Origin: Paramicrosporidium saccamoebae KSL3
Taxonomy: Eukaryota; Fungi; Cryptomycota
NCBI GenBank assembly: GCA_002794465.1
Contig: MTSL01000097.1
Coordinates: forward strand, 19,931-51,930
Length of the DNA: 32,000 nt
Reading direction: 5' to 3'
A program made the position numbers and the translations under genes. Within the stretch, counting starts at the first letter, position 1. Each line of letters begins with the position of its first letter. Below the pieces are notes generated by a model that had not been told where the DNA came from, did not search any database, and worked only from the letters and a program-made list of their open reading frames with translations. Shown piece by piece: positions 1 to 10,859 of this stretch.

Positions 1-21
1 CACTGCCTCGGCTAGCACGTT

Positions 22-942
22 ATGCAACTCTCCCTCACCACCCTCGCCTTTGCATTCATCAGTATCGTTTCGGCTCGCGATCTGAGCATTGCCAAGAAAG
101 ATAGCAAGCAGGTCACAATCAAATCCAAGGGCACCGGGGAAGTCCTCTGGTTCTCCCTTTCCATCTCCAACGGTGTTCCCCTGTTTGAAATCAAAGGAAG
201 CGAAAAGGATGACGAATCTGGAGCCAAGGCAAATGTGCAATTGGCCCTTGAAGACTTTAATGAGCAGGGTGCGAAGAAATGCCTGAGCTTGGCAGGAACG
301 CAAGGATACTGGTCCGACATTAACGTGGAGCAGGTGGGAGAGGACAGCAAGAAGCCAAACCAGGTCATCCTAAGATCCACTATGACCCATCAAGATAAGG
401 ACATTGCAGGAAACTATTTCGTTCTCGCCCTAGAGGCATCGATTGACAAGGATGGGGATGCTTTTGAAATCCGCCAGCAGATTCAAAACTTCCCATACAC
501 TGACGGAAAGGGAGTTCTTGACGCTGGACAGCTTATCAGTTCTTCCCACAAGGGCAATGCCAAGAAGGACGCCAGCAAGATTACGCTTGCATCCGGAGGG
601 CTTGCTGTTATTGCCGATTCTGCCATCGAGGACGGCACTCCAACCACCATCAAGGCTGTCAGAATGGACGAGGCCAAGGGTGCCCCACGCAGCGGATTAT
701 GCGAACAGAGCAAGCGGGCTCACGTAGAATTTGGTGCCGTACGACCAAAGAATGCAACTTATTCCGAGAGACTCGTCTTTTATCCGAATTCGATCAAGAT
801 TGTGCAGGAACAGAAACCAGACACCAAGGGCGAGCCCAAGGATCATGTCAAGGGCATGACTTTGAACGGAGCAGCTCCCTCTGGTGCCATTTCCCTCGGG
901 CTGGGTGCTTCCCTTCTTGCCCTCTTTGGTTTGTTAGCCTAA
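22..942 (+). CDS. Secreted, probably GPI-anchored surface protein (family member 1, divergent, Lys/Asp/Glu-rich)
   Basis: 306-aa ORF. Signal peptide MQLSLTTLAFAFISIVSA, mature start RDL, hydrophobic C-terminus (GAISLGLGASLLALFGLLA) with no cytosolic tail. Shares IRxxIxx[FY]P[YF] and KN[AV]TxxxRL motifs with the two downstream genes. Confidence 0.8.
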   Translation: MQLSLTTLAFAFISIVSARDLSIAKKDSKQVTIKSKGTGEVLWFSLSISNGVPLFEIKGSEKDDESGAKANVQLALEDFNEQGAKKCLSLAGTQGYWSDINVEQVGEDSKKPNQVILRSTMTHQDKDIAGNYFVLALEASIDKDGDAFEIRQQIQNFPYTDGKGVLDAGQLISSSHKGNAKKDASKITLASGGLAVIADSAIEDGTPTTIKAVRMDEAKGAPRSGLCEQSKRAHVEFGAVRPKNATYSERLVFYPNSIKIVQEQKPDTKGEPKDHVKGMTLNGAAPSGAISLGLGASLLALFGLLA

Positions 943-1136
943 GTTGGCTGTAAAAAGATTTGAATCCTAGATCTTAGAGCTCAAATATCGAATCCCGCGT
1001 CTAGAGTCGAGTAATAAAACGGATTTGTTTGGCCAACGTCTAAAGCGGATTTCATCAATATTAGCCAATCCAGTTTTGTGTCTATTTATAGACAACTCAC
1101 TCGGGCGAGTTGGTACATCACAAGTTAACAGCGCCG

Positions 1137-2147
1137 ATGCATCTTTTCTGTCTCCTCCCTCTGCTTGCTTTTGTGAGTGCACGAAACATTACGATTGTGA
1201 CAAAGACCAACTCGACGTTCTATGCAGAGAGTGAGACGAAAAAGGACACTATCGGGTACAACTTTGCCATTAACCAAAACGTCCTTTCGGTGATGCTTAA
1301 TGCAACTGAGAGCGCGGAAAATATCGATCCAGTTTCGTACATGATCATCCCGAATCTGCTCCTCGAGTACAATAGCACTGAGAATGCAAACTCGACTGAC
1401 AGCATCTTTGGGTTTCAGGACAAGAATAGCGTTGTTGGTTCTTGGGGCAAGGGACTCTCTGCCACAAAGTACAAGTCAAAGGCTCTCAATGGAACCGAGT
1501 CGGTTGATGTGTGGCAGGTCAGGGCGGAATGGTCGAATCCAAATGCCAAGAATAAGAAGCCCAAGTTTAACGCTCTGATGTACTTTTCATCCGCGGCAAC
1601 AGAATTCCATGGAAAGCGTCTGTCTCCCAATGCTATCAACATTCGCTACAGCATTCTAAACTATCCGTTCAAGTACCAGAACTCTACCCTCGGCCTGAAT
1701 GAGCTGGTGTTGTCCAAGGGAAATATAGCCACCAATCTGTTCTCAAACAGTACCGACGACAATGGCGATGGCGACTATGGCTCTCTCCGTGTTAACCGAA
1801 CAGCCTTGGTTGACGGCAAAAAGAAGCATCTGGTCGTCGATCACTATGATGGTTCCAGCATTGACATTGTTGCAGGGAACTCTACTAATATTGATCTCTC
1901 TGAATTTGACAAACAGTCAGTCCTATTCAGTGTGCGGGATGTTTCAGGAGCCAAGAACGTGACCATTGATCAGCGTCTCTCCCTAAACATAACTGCCCTG
2001 CGTAAGGAAGCAGAGAAGAAAGGAAACAACAAGGAAGAAACTGCATCACCGAACAATTCAAACAAGTCTGGGGCTCCTTTGACATTTATGGCCTTTGTCA
2101 TTGCCCTCACTTCTGTGTTGGTGTCCCTCCCTGCGCTGGTGCTCTAA
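1137..2147 (+). CDS. Secreted, probably GPI-anchored, heavily N-glycosylated surface protein (family member 2)
   Basis: First ATG at 1137 (ORF track starts at TTG 1110). Signal peptide MHLFCLLPLLAFVSA, about 14 N-x-S/T sequons, hydrophobic C-terminus FMAFVIALTSVLVSLPALVL. Clear paralog of 2545..3546. Confidence 0.85.
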   Translation: MHLFCLLPLLAFVSARNITIVTKTNSTFYAESETKKDTIGYNFAINQNVLSVMLNATESAENIDPVSYMIIPNLLLEYNSTENANSTDSIFGFQDKNSVVGSWGKGLSATKYKSKALNGTESVDVWQVRAEWSNPNAKNKKPKFNALMYFSSAATEFHGKRLSPNAINIRYSILNYPFKYQNSTLGLNELVLSKGNIATNLFSNSTDDNGDGDYGSLRVNRTALVDGKKKHLVVDHYDGSSIDIVAGNSTNIDLSEFDKQSVLFSVRDVSGAKNVTIDQRLSLNITALRKEAEKKGNNKEETASPNNSNKSGAPLTFMAFVIALTSVLVSLPALVL

Positions 2148-2488
2148 GCCAAATGAGATGATGAATAAAAGGTTCTATTGATGGGCGGGGTATCGCGAGG
2201 TGGTATTGTGAGGTACTCTAACCACGGATTAGGGATTCCAACAACGAGCCTTTTAGTGAGCAAGAGTGTATCCTTGTTAAAGGCGTCTTTATAAATCTCT
2301 ACCATCACTACACTGGATTGTATGATCGCTATCCGGGTCGGACTCACTAATGACAAGCGGATACTTTTTAACAAATCTTTACTAAAGTATGCGACGCCCT
2401 TGCGCATTGTTGATTGCTCGGCGACTGTCCAATTTAATCACAGAAGGACCAATCGGACCAATTGAGGGGTCGCTATGCAACCGACACC

Positions 2489-2496
2489 TATATATA
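2489..2496 (+). promoter_or_regulatory. Putative TATA box of surface-protein gene 3
   Basis: TATATATA about 50 nt upstream of ATG 2545; position only. Confidence 0.4.
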
Positions 2497-2544
2497 GAGC
2501 ACCGTTAGCTGTCAACAACACAAGCAGAGCCACTCGAGACAATA

Positions 2545-3546
2545 ATGCTTAAGCTCCTGACTTTGCTTCCTCTCCTCGCATATGCTGCAGCCCGTGATCT
2601 CCAAATGGTGACCAACACCAACTCGACCGTCTATGCCGAGAGCAAACACAATGCCGAGACAATCGGCTACTACTTTGCACTCACTAACAACGTCCTCTCG
2701 GTGATGATCAACGGCACTACAACGGCTCAACTGATCCCCCAAGAGCCAGTTGGCTACATGATCATGCCTCAGCTTCTCCTCGAATACAACCAGACAATGG
2801 ATGCCAACAAGACGGAGAGCCGCGCAGGCTTCATGTTTAAGCAGGGCGATATTGCCCACTGGGGGACTGGCCTTGCTGCCACAAAGTTTGAATCGCGTGG
2901 GGCAGACAATTCGACAGTCGATGTGTGGCAGGTGAGCGCCAACTGGACTAATTCGTATGCGCCAGACGGAAAGAACACGACAGTGCCCAAGTTCCACGCA
3001 TTAATGTACATTGCCTCTGCGCCAACCAAGTTTGAGGGACACAATCTGACTGACGATGCTATCACTATCCGGTTCAGCATCCTGGAGTATCCGTTCATGC
3101 TGAACAACTCGACACTTGCACTGAACCAGTTGGCTTTGTCAGAGTCTGCAGGAATCACAGCCATTAACGGAACGTCCGCCGACGGTCCCAGCATCTATGG
3201 AGGCAACTTGCGCGTTGACAAGACCGCATTGGTTGATGGAGAGAAGCAGAACATTACGATCATCCACTACAACAACGAGGCAATCGACATTGTCGCCGGA
3301 AATTCTACTCGCGTAAATGTCACCTCTTGGACTAAGGAGTCGCTCTTGTTGTCATTTGCAAACTCGTACAACGCAAAGAATGTCACCTTTGATCAGCGTC
3401 TTGGAATCAGCATGTCAAACTGCGACTGCGAGCAGAATGCAAACTCTGAAAACTCGGCCAACCTGATGACAAGCAGTACCATGTTGACTGTCTTTGTTGC
3501 TGTGCTCGGTGCGTTGGTTTTGGCTTTGCCTGTTCTAGTTTTCTAA
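2545..3546 (+). CDS. Secreted, probably GPI-anchored, heavily N-glycosylated surface protein (family member 3)
   Basis: 333-aa ORF. Signal peptide [16 protein letters not shown], about 15 sequons, hydrophobic C-terminus. Collinear with member 2 (TNSTxYAES, TIGYx[28 protein letters not shown], KNVTxDQRL). Confidence 0.85.
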   Translation: MLKLLTLLPLLAYAAARDLQMVTNTNSTVYAESKHNAETIGYYFALTNNVLSVMINGTTTAQLIPQEPVGYMIMPQLLLEYNQTMDANKTESRAGFMFKQGDIAHWGTGLAATKFESRGADNSTVDVWQVSANWTNSYAPDGKNTTVPKFHALMYIASAPTKFEGHNLTDDAITIRFSILEYPFMLNNSTLALNQLALSESAGITAINGTSADGPSIYGGNLRVDKTALVDGEKQNITIIHYNNEAIDIVAGNSTRVNVTSWTKESLLLSFANSYNAKNVTFDQRLGISMSNCDCEQNANSENSANLMTSSTMLTVFVAVLGALVLALPVLVF

Positions 3547-3560
3547 GTTTAAACAATAAA

Positions 3561-4684
3561 ATGACCTCTTCTAGTACGAGTATGGGTAAGCTCGGCCCAA
3601 TCGAGATGGACCGACGTTATTCCATGGAAGACTTTGAGATTGTGCGCATTGTGGGGAAGGGATTTATGGGCAAAGTCATGGTAGTGTGCGAAAAGGCCAC
3701 CAACCAAATCTTTGCGATCAAGTCAATCCACAAGCAAGCCATTCTGGAGCGAAAAGAGGTGAACCATGCCCGTGCAGAGCGCGATATACTTGCAGAGCTT
3801 GTCACCCAACAAAAGAATTGTCAGTATATTCAAAGTCCATTCCTAGTCCGTCTACATGCCGCCTTCCAAGACAGAAGCAATCTGTATTATCTTATGGACT
3901 TTCATGGCGGTGGTGATGTGGCCGGTCTTCTTGCACAGATGATTCGGCTACCGTCCGACTGGGTACGAACATATGCTGCAGAGATTGTTTCCGGATTGGT
4001 CGATCTGCATTCACGGGGCATTGTTTATCGTGATTTAAAGCCTGAAAACATTCTGATTTCCCAGGAAGGACACTTGGTGCTTACTGACTTTGGTCTTTGC
4101 AAGCTACTACTAGAAGGGACATTAACAAGAACATTTTGCGGCACACCAGAGTATCTAGCACCGGAAGTTGTGCTCCGAAAACCCTATGGATTAGCTGTGG
4201 ATTGGTGGAGCTTTGGGGTTTTGCTTTATGAAATGCTCGTAGGAATGGTATTTTGTACATGGTCGGCTTGACCGTTTAGACTCCCTTCTGGTCAGACAAG
4301 CCAGCTCAAATGTACAGCCGAATCGTAGCAGACAAGGCAATAGAGTTTCCGCCGTCAGTCGACCGGGTGACAAAGGACCTGATCACAAATTTGCTGCTTC
4401 GGGACCCAGACAGACGTCTCACTGAAAGAAAAGTCATGAATCATCCATACTTTTCCGAAGTGAATTGGCAAGAACTGGCAAACTTGCACTATCCAGCACC
4501 CTTTCGTCCCGGACTAGTACATTTAATGGAGATTCTATAATTCGGCTAGGCCTCCAGATTGGATGTAAATGCATTCGATCCCGAATTCACCAATTTGCCC
4601 CCCATAATCACGCCCACCGACTATAGCTTCCCTGATAATACATTTGTGCGCAAAGTCTTCCAAGGATTCACCTTTCGTCATTAA
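3561..4684 (+). CDS. AGC-family Ser/Thr protein kinase (SGK/Ypk/S6K/Akt-like), 3 exons
   Basis: [34 protein letters not shown]. Introns 4248-4279 (32 nt) and 4517-4549 (33 nt) restore VGM-TPFW and an AGC tail ending FDPEFT...FQGFTFRH*. The start could be a later in-frame ATG. Confidence 0.9.
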
Positions 4685-4727
4685 GCACCAAACAACTAGT
4701 AACAGCCAATCAGAAATAAATTACAGC

Positions 4728-6585
4728 ATGACGCCCACCCTCCGTGACCCTAATTCAGTCTCCAACATCCTCGCCTTTGTCACCAAACACATCAAGCTCA
4801 ACTGGAAGGTGAATTTCGAGACATCAACAATTGCAGCTACGGTCGTTCTTACGCTGGCCAGGTTGACTGAGGAGCAGACGGTAAGACTGGACTGCTCGCA
4901 TTTGGTGGTGAAAAGGGTTACTGACCTGGACAGTGGACAGGAGTTATCATTCCGTGTCGATCCAAATGCGACAAAATTTGGCGGTCTTTTAGCTTTTGAT
5001 CTTTGCACCAAATGCCCAACATACGATATTGAGTATAGCTCATGTGCTCAGTTGACCTTGTAGGGTTGAGTATGAAACCACAAAACTGTCTTCTGCTCTG
5101 CAATGGTTGACACCGGAGCAGACTGTGGGGAAGAAGCATCCATATTTGTTCAGCCAATGTCAGGCAATACACGCCAGAACAATGTTGCCTTGTCAGGATA
5201 CTCCAGCCGTGAAATGCACCTATAGTGCCACTGTAACGCTGCCCGCTCCCCTCTCTGCTGTAATGAGCGCTAATCGTCGCATTGAACGGCCTGCACCGTC
5301 CGGCCTGTGCTCATTTGAATTTGAACAGACTCAGCCGATCCCGTCGTATCTGATTGCAATCGGTGCGGGCCACATTGACTCGCGGGAAATTGGGCCAAGA
5401 TCCATGGTCTGGTGCGAAGGAGAGGTCCTTGATGCTGCAGCATACGAGTTTGCCGAGACAGAGTCATTTATTTCAGTGGCCGAGGATTTGGTGGGCCCAT
5501 ATGTATGGGAGCGATATGATATTCTCCTTTTGCCTCCCAGCTTTCCATATGGAGGAATGGAAAATCCCTGTCTCACCTTTCTGACACCAAGTTTACTGTG
5601 CGGCGACCGATCTTTGGTCGATGTAGTAGCCCACGAAGTTTCCCACAGCTGGACGGGGAATTTGGTTTCTTGCATGAACTGGGAGCATTTCTGGCTAAAT
5701 GAAGGATTCACCATGTTTCTAGAGCGCAAAATTCTTGCACGGATCCATGGAGAGGGATGGCGTCAATTTAATAGCCACATAGGCTTGGCTGATCTGCGCG
5801 AAAGCGTCGCCCAGTTCAACGGAGACGGCCCTGAAACTATGCTGATTCCCGACTTGACTGATACTGATCCGGACGATGTCTTTTCCTCTGTTCCCTACGA
5901 AAAGGGCTACACTTTATTATATGTCTTGGAAGAGTTGGTAGGAGGGCCAGCAGTGTTTGAGCCATTCTTTAAAGCGCACATTCAAAAATTTGCGGGTCAG
6001 TCAATTACCAGTGAGGAATTCAAAGCGTTCCTACTAGGATATTTTGCTCGCGACACTGAGGTCTCTTCCAAGCTGGCCTCGTTTAATTGGAGTTTATGGT
6101 TCAGCGGGCGTGGAATGCCGCCAACCATTCCGTCCTATAGCGAAAAAATGATGACTCCCTGCCGGCTGCTCGCAGAGACTTGGGTCCAAAATGGCAAATC
6201 CAATGACGCAGACCAATTCCCTGCCTTTTCGCCGGCGCAAAAGACAATGTTCCTCGATATTATTCTCCAAAAGGCCAGCACCATGGACAAAAAGACAGTC
6301 CAGCAGCTAGACCGGGAGTATGGGTTGTCAGACTCTAATAATGTCGAAATTCTCCTTAAATGGTATCTGCTTTGCATCCGTAGCAATACGGAATCAATAT
6401 TTGAGGGCGCAGCCAAATTTGCCACCCAGCATGGACGCATGAAGTACTGCAGACCGATCTTGAGGGAACTCTTCAAAAGCGGTGATTGCGGGAGAAAGTT
6501 GGCACTAAAGACATTTGACGAATATCGTTCGTTCTATCATCCCATCGCAGCTCAGTTGATTGCCAAAGATCTCAATCTCTGTTAA
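4728..6585 (+). CDS. LTA4H: Leukotriene A4 hydrolase / M1-family zinc aminopeptidase, 2 exons
   Basis: N-terminal [27 protein letters not shown]...WLNEG zinc motif, VPYEKG, GRMKY. Intron 5033-5063 (31 nt) joins the 4644 and 5107 ORFs in frame. Confidence 0.95.
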
Positions 6586-6884
6586 GGATAACCGAAAAAT
6601 GGGCACACTTTTTTAAGTAAAGATGTCTTTGTTGGGCAGGAGAAATCCGGTTGAATGGCTAGAGTAGATTCGTATTAAAGTATATGGCGCCATGACAGAC
6701 TGCCACTCTTAGCACGCCAGATCGTGAGATAGCTACCAGAATTGCCAATCACCAGCGGATACTGTTCAGCCGAAACCTTTATTACCAATGGGTAAGCCCT
6801 TTTATAGGCTCTCTAGTACGCTGCGTTTCTTGACAATGAGCCAGTTGGTTGTTCTACTATTCCACATTACATCTTAGGACAGGG

Positions 6885-8142
6885 TTAAGTTTTATTTCGC
6901 AAGTCTACAATCTCCAACTCGATCCTTGAGAACTTTGCGTGTCCTTCTGGAGTGCTGATTTCTCTGTATATTGGCCGATCTGAAGGATGCTGGTGGAATC
7001 CTCGTTGAGGGCAATTGGAAATTGTCCCAATGCCTGGAGGATCAGTTAGCCTAAAGATTCCAAAGTTGGGAGTCTGGGTGGGGGCCACAACAATTGCTAT
7101 GGCTTCAGCAATTAAAAGCTGATATGGAAAATGTGTGTGCAGGTCAACGGAGCTCATAAAACACTGCTGGGTAGGATGAGTGTGGATCCAGCCAAGCGTC
7201 AGCACATCGCGCTGATCCTGAACATCAAACATTTCCTCCTCATTCAGCATGGCAACTGTGTCGCTTGTAGAGGTCTGCTTGGGCATGATCAATGTGGTGA
7301 TGGTGAAAACGTCGTGGGACAATTTTCCAGCCAAAACCCCGCACGTTTCGAGATTTTTCCTAGTATTTTCTGCGGCGAGGTCCATAAATCGCGACACGAT
7401 AATGTCGGGGATGTTGACCTTTCTCAATGGCATTCCATTTTCCAGATAATATTGTGCTCTCAGAGCTGGCTTGATTGTTGGCGGCGGGGAAAGTACAGGA
7501 AGAGGTACTGACGTGAAATTTGGCGTGGCCTCGGGCGTGGTCGGTGAATATTGTGCCGGTCTCATTGCCGGAATGGCAATATCGCTACTCGAACTCTTGT
7601 TCAGCAAATCGGTCTTGTGTGCATAACTCTTGGCCAAATCCAGTTTTTGCATTTCGCTGAGCCTCAATTTTCTGGCTTCTTCTTGGCTTTGCACGGCCCG
7701 TGCCGCCATTTTTTGCGCCTCCTCATCTCTGCGTCTGGCCTCTGTCATTTCCCGACTACGCTGTTCGCTGCGTATTCGCTCAGCTTCAGATTCCCTGAAT
7801 CGTTGAAGCAGGAGGTGCTTGCTCTTCTCCAGTGCATCAAGAGCGGTAAGCAAGTTCCCCCGCAATGAAGCTCCCATTGCTGTCTTGTACTCGGAGTGTC
7901 TGGGTAGTTCCTTCAGAACGAGACTAGGCTATTAACGAACCCAGTATTGTGTACTTTGAATATTTAAGGTAGAGGATAAACGCCTTCTCCAAGTCGCCTT
8001 CATTGTGGTAAATACAGGCTTGTTTAAACACTGTTTCGGCAGAGCGTATGTACAGCCTAATGGATTTTGAAGAGTCAAAGGGCACTTCGGCCAATTTGTG
8101 TAGTGTTTCGAGATACTTTCCTTGTCGCTGCTCGTCGGCCAT
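6885..8142 (-). CDS. STAMBP: AMSH/STAMBP-like JAMM deubiquitinase (USP8-dimerisation/MIT-like N-terminus plus MPN+ domain), 2 exons
   Basis: NLETCGVLAG, GWIHTHP...FMSSVDLHTH JAMM motif. Intron 7924-7954 (31 nt) gives YLKYSNLVLKELPRHSEY, matching the AMSH N-terminal domain. Confidence 0.93.
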
Positions 8143-8224
8143 CGTTGATTGGCGGCACCCAGATTCCAGCGCGGCTTAAACTGCCATCGATCTTTGCCAC
8201 CCCCTCTTTAACACTATAGTCAAA

Positions 8225-8622
8225 ATGCTTCTCCGTACGATTATCACTCTATTACTTTGCTTTGTCTCGAGTGCACGTGGATCAAATAGGTTCTCTTACG
8301 AGTTGTCTTCCATACCGATGGAATCGGGGAGCGGGGACGGCCGTACCGGAAAGCGTCGAGCCTCTAGTTGGACACTTCGCGCTCCACTAAAGAAAGACTT
8401 CCTGGCGCCGAGACGTCACAGCACACCTGAGGAAATTGGTTACCCCTCGCAATCTTTAGAACCTCGCATGACAGAGTAATTGGCTTTATAATCTTATTCG
8501 TTAGTGAGGATGCCAGAAACGAAGCCTTACAAAATTTTCTGTACATTTACTGTCACAATTTAGACTATAGGAATGCTGAGGACGAGTCGGTGGAAAATTC
8601 AGATTCAGACTCGATGTTCTAA
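8225..8622 (+). CDS. Small secreted hypothetical protein (122 aa if spliced)
   Basis: Signal-peptide-like MLLRTIITLLLCFVSSARG. A GTA...TAG intron at 8476-8504 (29 nt) removes the stop and opens a second exon to TAA 8620-8622. No recognisable domain. Confidence 0.55.
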
Positions 8623-9139
8623 TCGGCTCTGTTAAATTGACGTTTGTTATGGACTGAAAGTTGAGTGTCAAAATTCCATTCCTGGTCTGTTGTACATTGA
8701 GATTGAAAACCAGGGCCCTTTTGTGAGAGTAGGTAAATAGACGAGAGATGAAGGGCCTTTATTATAAATCTTTGTTTGAAGTTCTTAGCCTGTCAAGAAT
8801 GAGTACTGCTGCGTAGCAATTAAAGTATTGTGATATAGAGGATTGATTGGTTGGGTGTTTGAAGACAGTGAGACGTGTATCCCATACTATTCTAGGATTA
8901 ACAGTGAACAAGCTCTCGTCTCATTCCTTCCCACCTGACAATGTACGTGGTATTATTCCCACTACGCAACAGAATTACAGACTTTTACAGGCGGATTGAA
9001 GCTCGTTTATTACTAGCCCAATAGCCCTCTATAATCACACGAGTGACGTGCTATTGTATGGTGGTGGAGGTGGGTATAGACTTCGTTAGTGGATCTAAAC
9101 GACTTGCTCTCAAACTAGGTAACCCACTCCTTCACAACA

Positions 9140-10039
9140 TTATCGCTTCTTATAAAGACAAGGCTTGAGGATGGGCTTTAGGCGCTTTGCATCAATTTTT
9201 GCCTTGGAATGTTTCTTTGCATAAAGTGATATGAACACTGCGTTTGATGTATCCCTTTCAAATGTGGAAAAACCCGCCGTTTGTAGAGATTTAACAAACT
9301 CATCTAGTCCATGCTTCCCATCAAACCGACTTGCAACTTCAGAGATCCACAACTCTCCATTTGCTCTCAAAATTCGATTTGCCTCGGCCAAAGCGGCAGT
9401 ATAGTCCGTATTCATTAGCGATAGACAAAAAATGACCACATCCACCGAAGAATCCTCTAGGGGCACGTCTGTCATGCTCGCCACTGTGACAAACTCGCTC
9501 ACGGCGGCCAAATCAAAGGAATGCACCACAGCGCGCTTATGTAGTGTTTCGGCAATCTTTGCCTCTCCACATCCCAGATCTGCAATGAGCAGCTTCTCAT
9601 TATTCAGACGTTTGTTGAGCCGGTCAATAAAGAGATCGACTGGATTAACGGGCCAAGCTTTTGTCTGTTCCCGGAATCCGACATGGTAGTGGGCAAAGTC
9701 GGTCGGATGCTGGCGAAAGTAGGAGAGAGCTTCGTTGCTAGAACTTTCGTAGAGTTTCTGGTTGAGGAAGCGAAAACGAGCACCGCTTAGTTTACTTTCC
9801 TCTTTTGATTTTCCCTTGGTCTGAGGAAGCTCTACTATTTTGTGTTGTACAGGCTCTACGGACCTACTCTTCTTTGCAGGATTCGATTTTTCTCTTTCTA
9901 CCTTTTCTTTTCTCTTGGGTATATTTGTCGGCCGAGGAGCTGCATCAGGCTGTGACTCCTTAACAGTCTTCTTAGCTCCTTTCTTTTTGGCATCCACCAC
10001 CGGTTCTCCTAGATTCCAGGATGGGACATTAAAGAACAT
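9140..10039 (-). CDS. RRP8: 25S rRNA m1A methyltransferase Rrp8 / nucleomethylin
   Basis: GARFRFLNQKLY, YHVGFREQ..WPVNP, IADLGCGEA, HSFDL, VPLEDSSVDVVIFCLSLM, KPCLYKKR C-terminus. Confidence 0.95.
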   Translation of the reverse strand: MFFNVPSWNLGEPVVDAKKKGAKKTVKESQPDAAPRPTNIPKRKEKVEREKSNPAKKSRSVEPVQHKIVELPQTKGKSKEESKLSGARFRFLNQKLYESSSNEALSYFRQHPTDFAHYHVGFREQTKAWPVNPVDLFIDRLNKRLNNEKLLIADLGCGEAKIAETLHKRAVVHSFDLAAVSEFVTVASMTDVPLEDSSVDVVIFCLSLMNTDYTAALAEANRILRANGELWISEVASRFDGKHGLDEFVKSLQTAGFSTFERDTSNAVFISLYAKKHSKAKIDAKRLKPILKPCLYKKR

Positions 10040-10191
10040 ACTCTCGCAAGCCCCGGGAACTGTAGTTCCACCTTATGACCTTGGATGTTTAACTATAATA
10101 GAAGCTCTTTGCTGGAAACTTTACATCTTATATATATGAGTGAATTCTGCATGAGACCAAAGTGCTGCCAAAATTTCATATCGGTGGTAGC

Positions 10192-10197
10192 AAAAAA
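10192..10197 (-). terminator. Pol III T-run terminator of tRNA-Ser
   Basis: T6 on the minus strand, 3 nt after the tRNA 3' end. Confidence 0.75.
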
Positions 10198-10200
10198 GAT

Positions 10201-10282
10201 CGACACCGGTGAGATTCGAACTCACGCGCCCAAAGGGCACCAGCTTAGCAGGCTGGCGTGTTAACCACTCCACCACAGTGTC
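10201..10282 (-). tRNA. tRNA-Ser (GCT)
   Basis: GACACTG/CGGTGTC acceptor stem, CCAGC-CT GCT AA-GCTGG anticodon arm, long variable arm, GTGAG-TTCGAAT-CTCAC T arm. 82 nt, no intron. Confidence 0.97.
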
Positions 10283-10333
10283 AGCTGGATAGCTGTGGCA
10301 CAAATAAATATCTAAGTATTATTATGTTGACGA

Positions 10334-10834
10334 ATGAGACTTTATTGGCTTGCATGCATGTTGCAGGCCATCTCCGTGACGGCCAAGCGCAAGACACCAG
10401 AGAACAAGCCCGATAGTGATGTAGTTTACGGTGCATGTGCCCCTATCGGTCCTCTGAGCAACTCTTTCACCGCCAAGCTCAGACTTCCCGGCTTTCCATT
10501 TGAATTTCCGCCCATCCTACCTGGAACACGCGATCGGTACCTAATCTTCCCTGCCCCCGATACAGTTGCCGATCACGAGGCGAGCGTCAGACGGTGTGCC
10601 GCTTATAAGGGGAGACTTGTAGATTTGCAGACTCCCGCAGAGATGGAAATTCTGGCATGTGCCATTGGGACACCAAGTTTTGTTGGAAGCTGGTTCGAAG
10701 GTGGAAATCAGACACAGTGCAACGTGCTCTACCCTGGGGGAGTATTGTCCATGGCTGAAGATAACTGCAAAGGATATTTTGGATCCATCTGCAAGGTTCC
10801 CGGCTCAATGTTGCTAGACGGCTTTCAAGTGTAG
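10334..10834 (+). CDS. Secreted protein with a C-type-lectin-like domain (putative)
   Basis: Signal-like N-terminus and Pro-rich linker, then EASVRRCAAYKGRLVDLQTPAEMEIL (CTLD helix/C1 pattern), FVG in place of WIG, and C-x15-C-x7-C ending SICK. No EPN/QPD or WND motif. Confidence 0.55.
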   Translation: MRLYWLACMLQAISVTAKRKTPENKPDSDVVYGACAPIGPLSNSFTAKLRLPGFPFEFPPILPGTRDRYLIFPAPDTVADHEASVRRCAAYKGRLVDLQTPAEMEILACAIGTPSFVGSWFEGGNQTQCNVLYPGGVLSMAEDNCKGYFGSICKVPGSMLLDGFQV

Positions 10835-10853
10835 TAGTGTGCAAATAAACACC

Positions 10854-10858
10854 AAAAA
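10854..10858 (-). terminator. Pol III T-run terminator of tRNA-Glu
   Basis: T5 on the minus strand immediately after the tRNA. Confidence 0.7.
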
Positions 10859-10859
10859 G

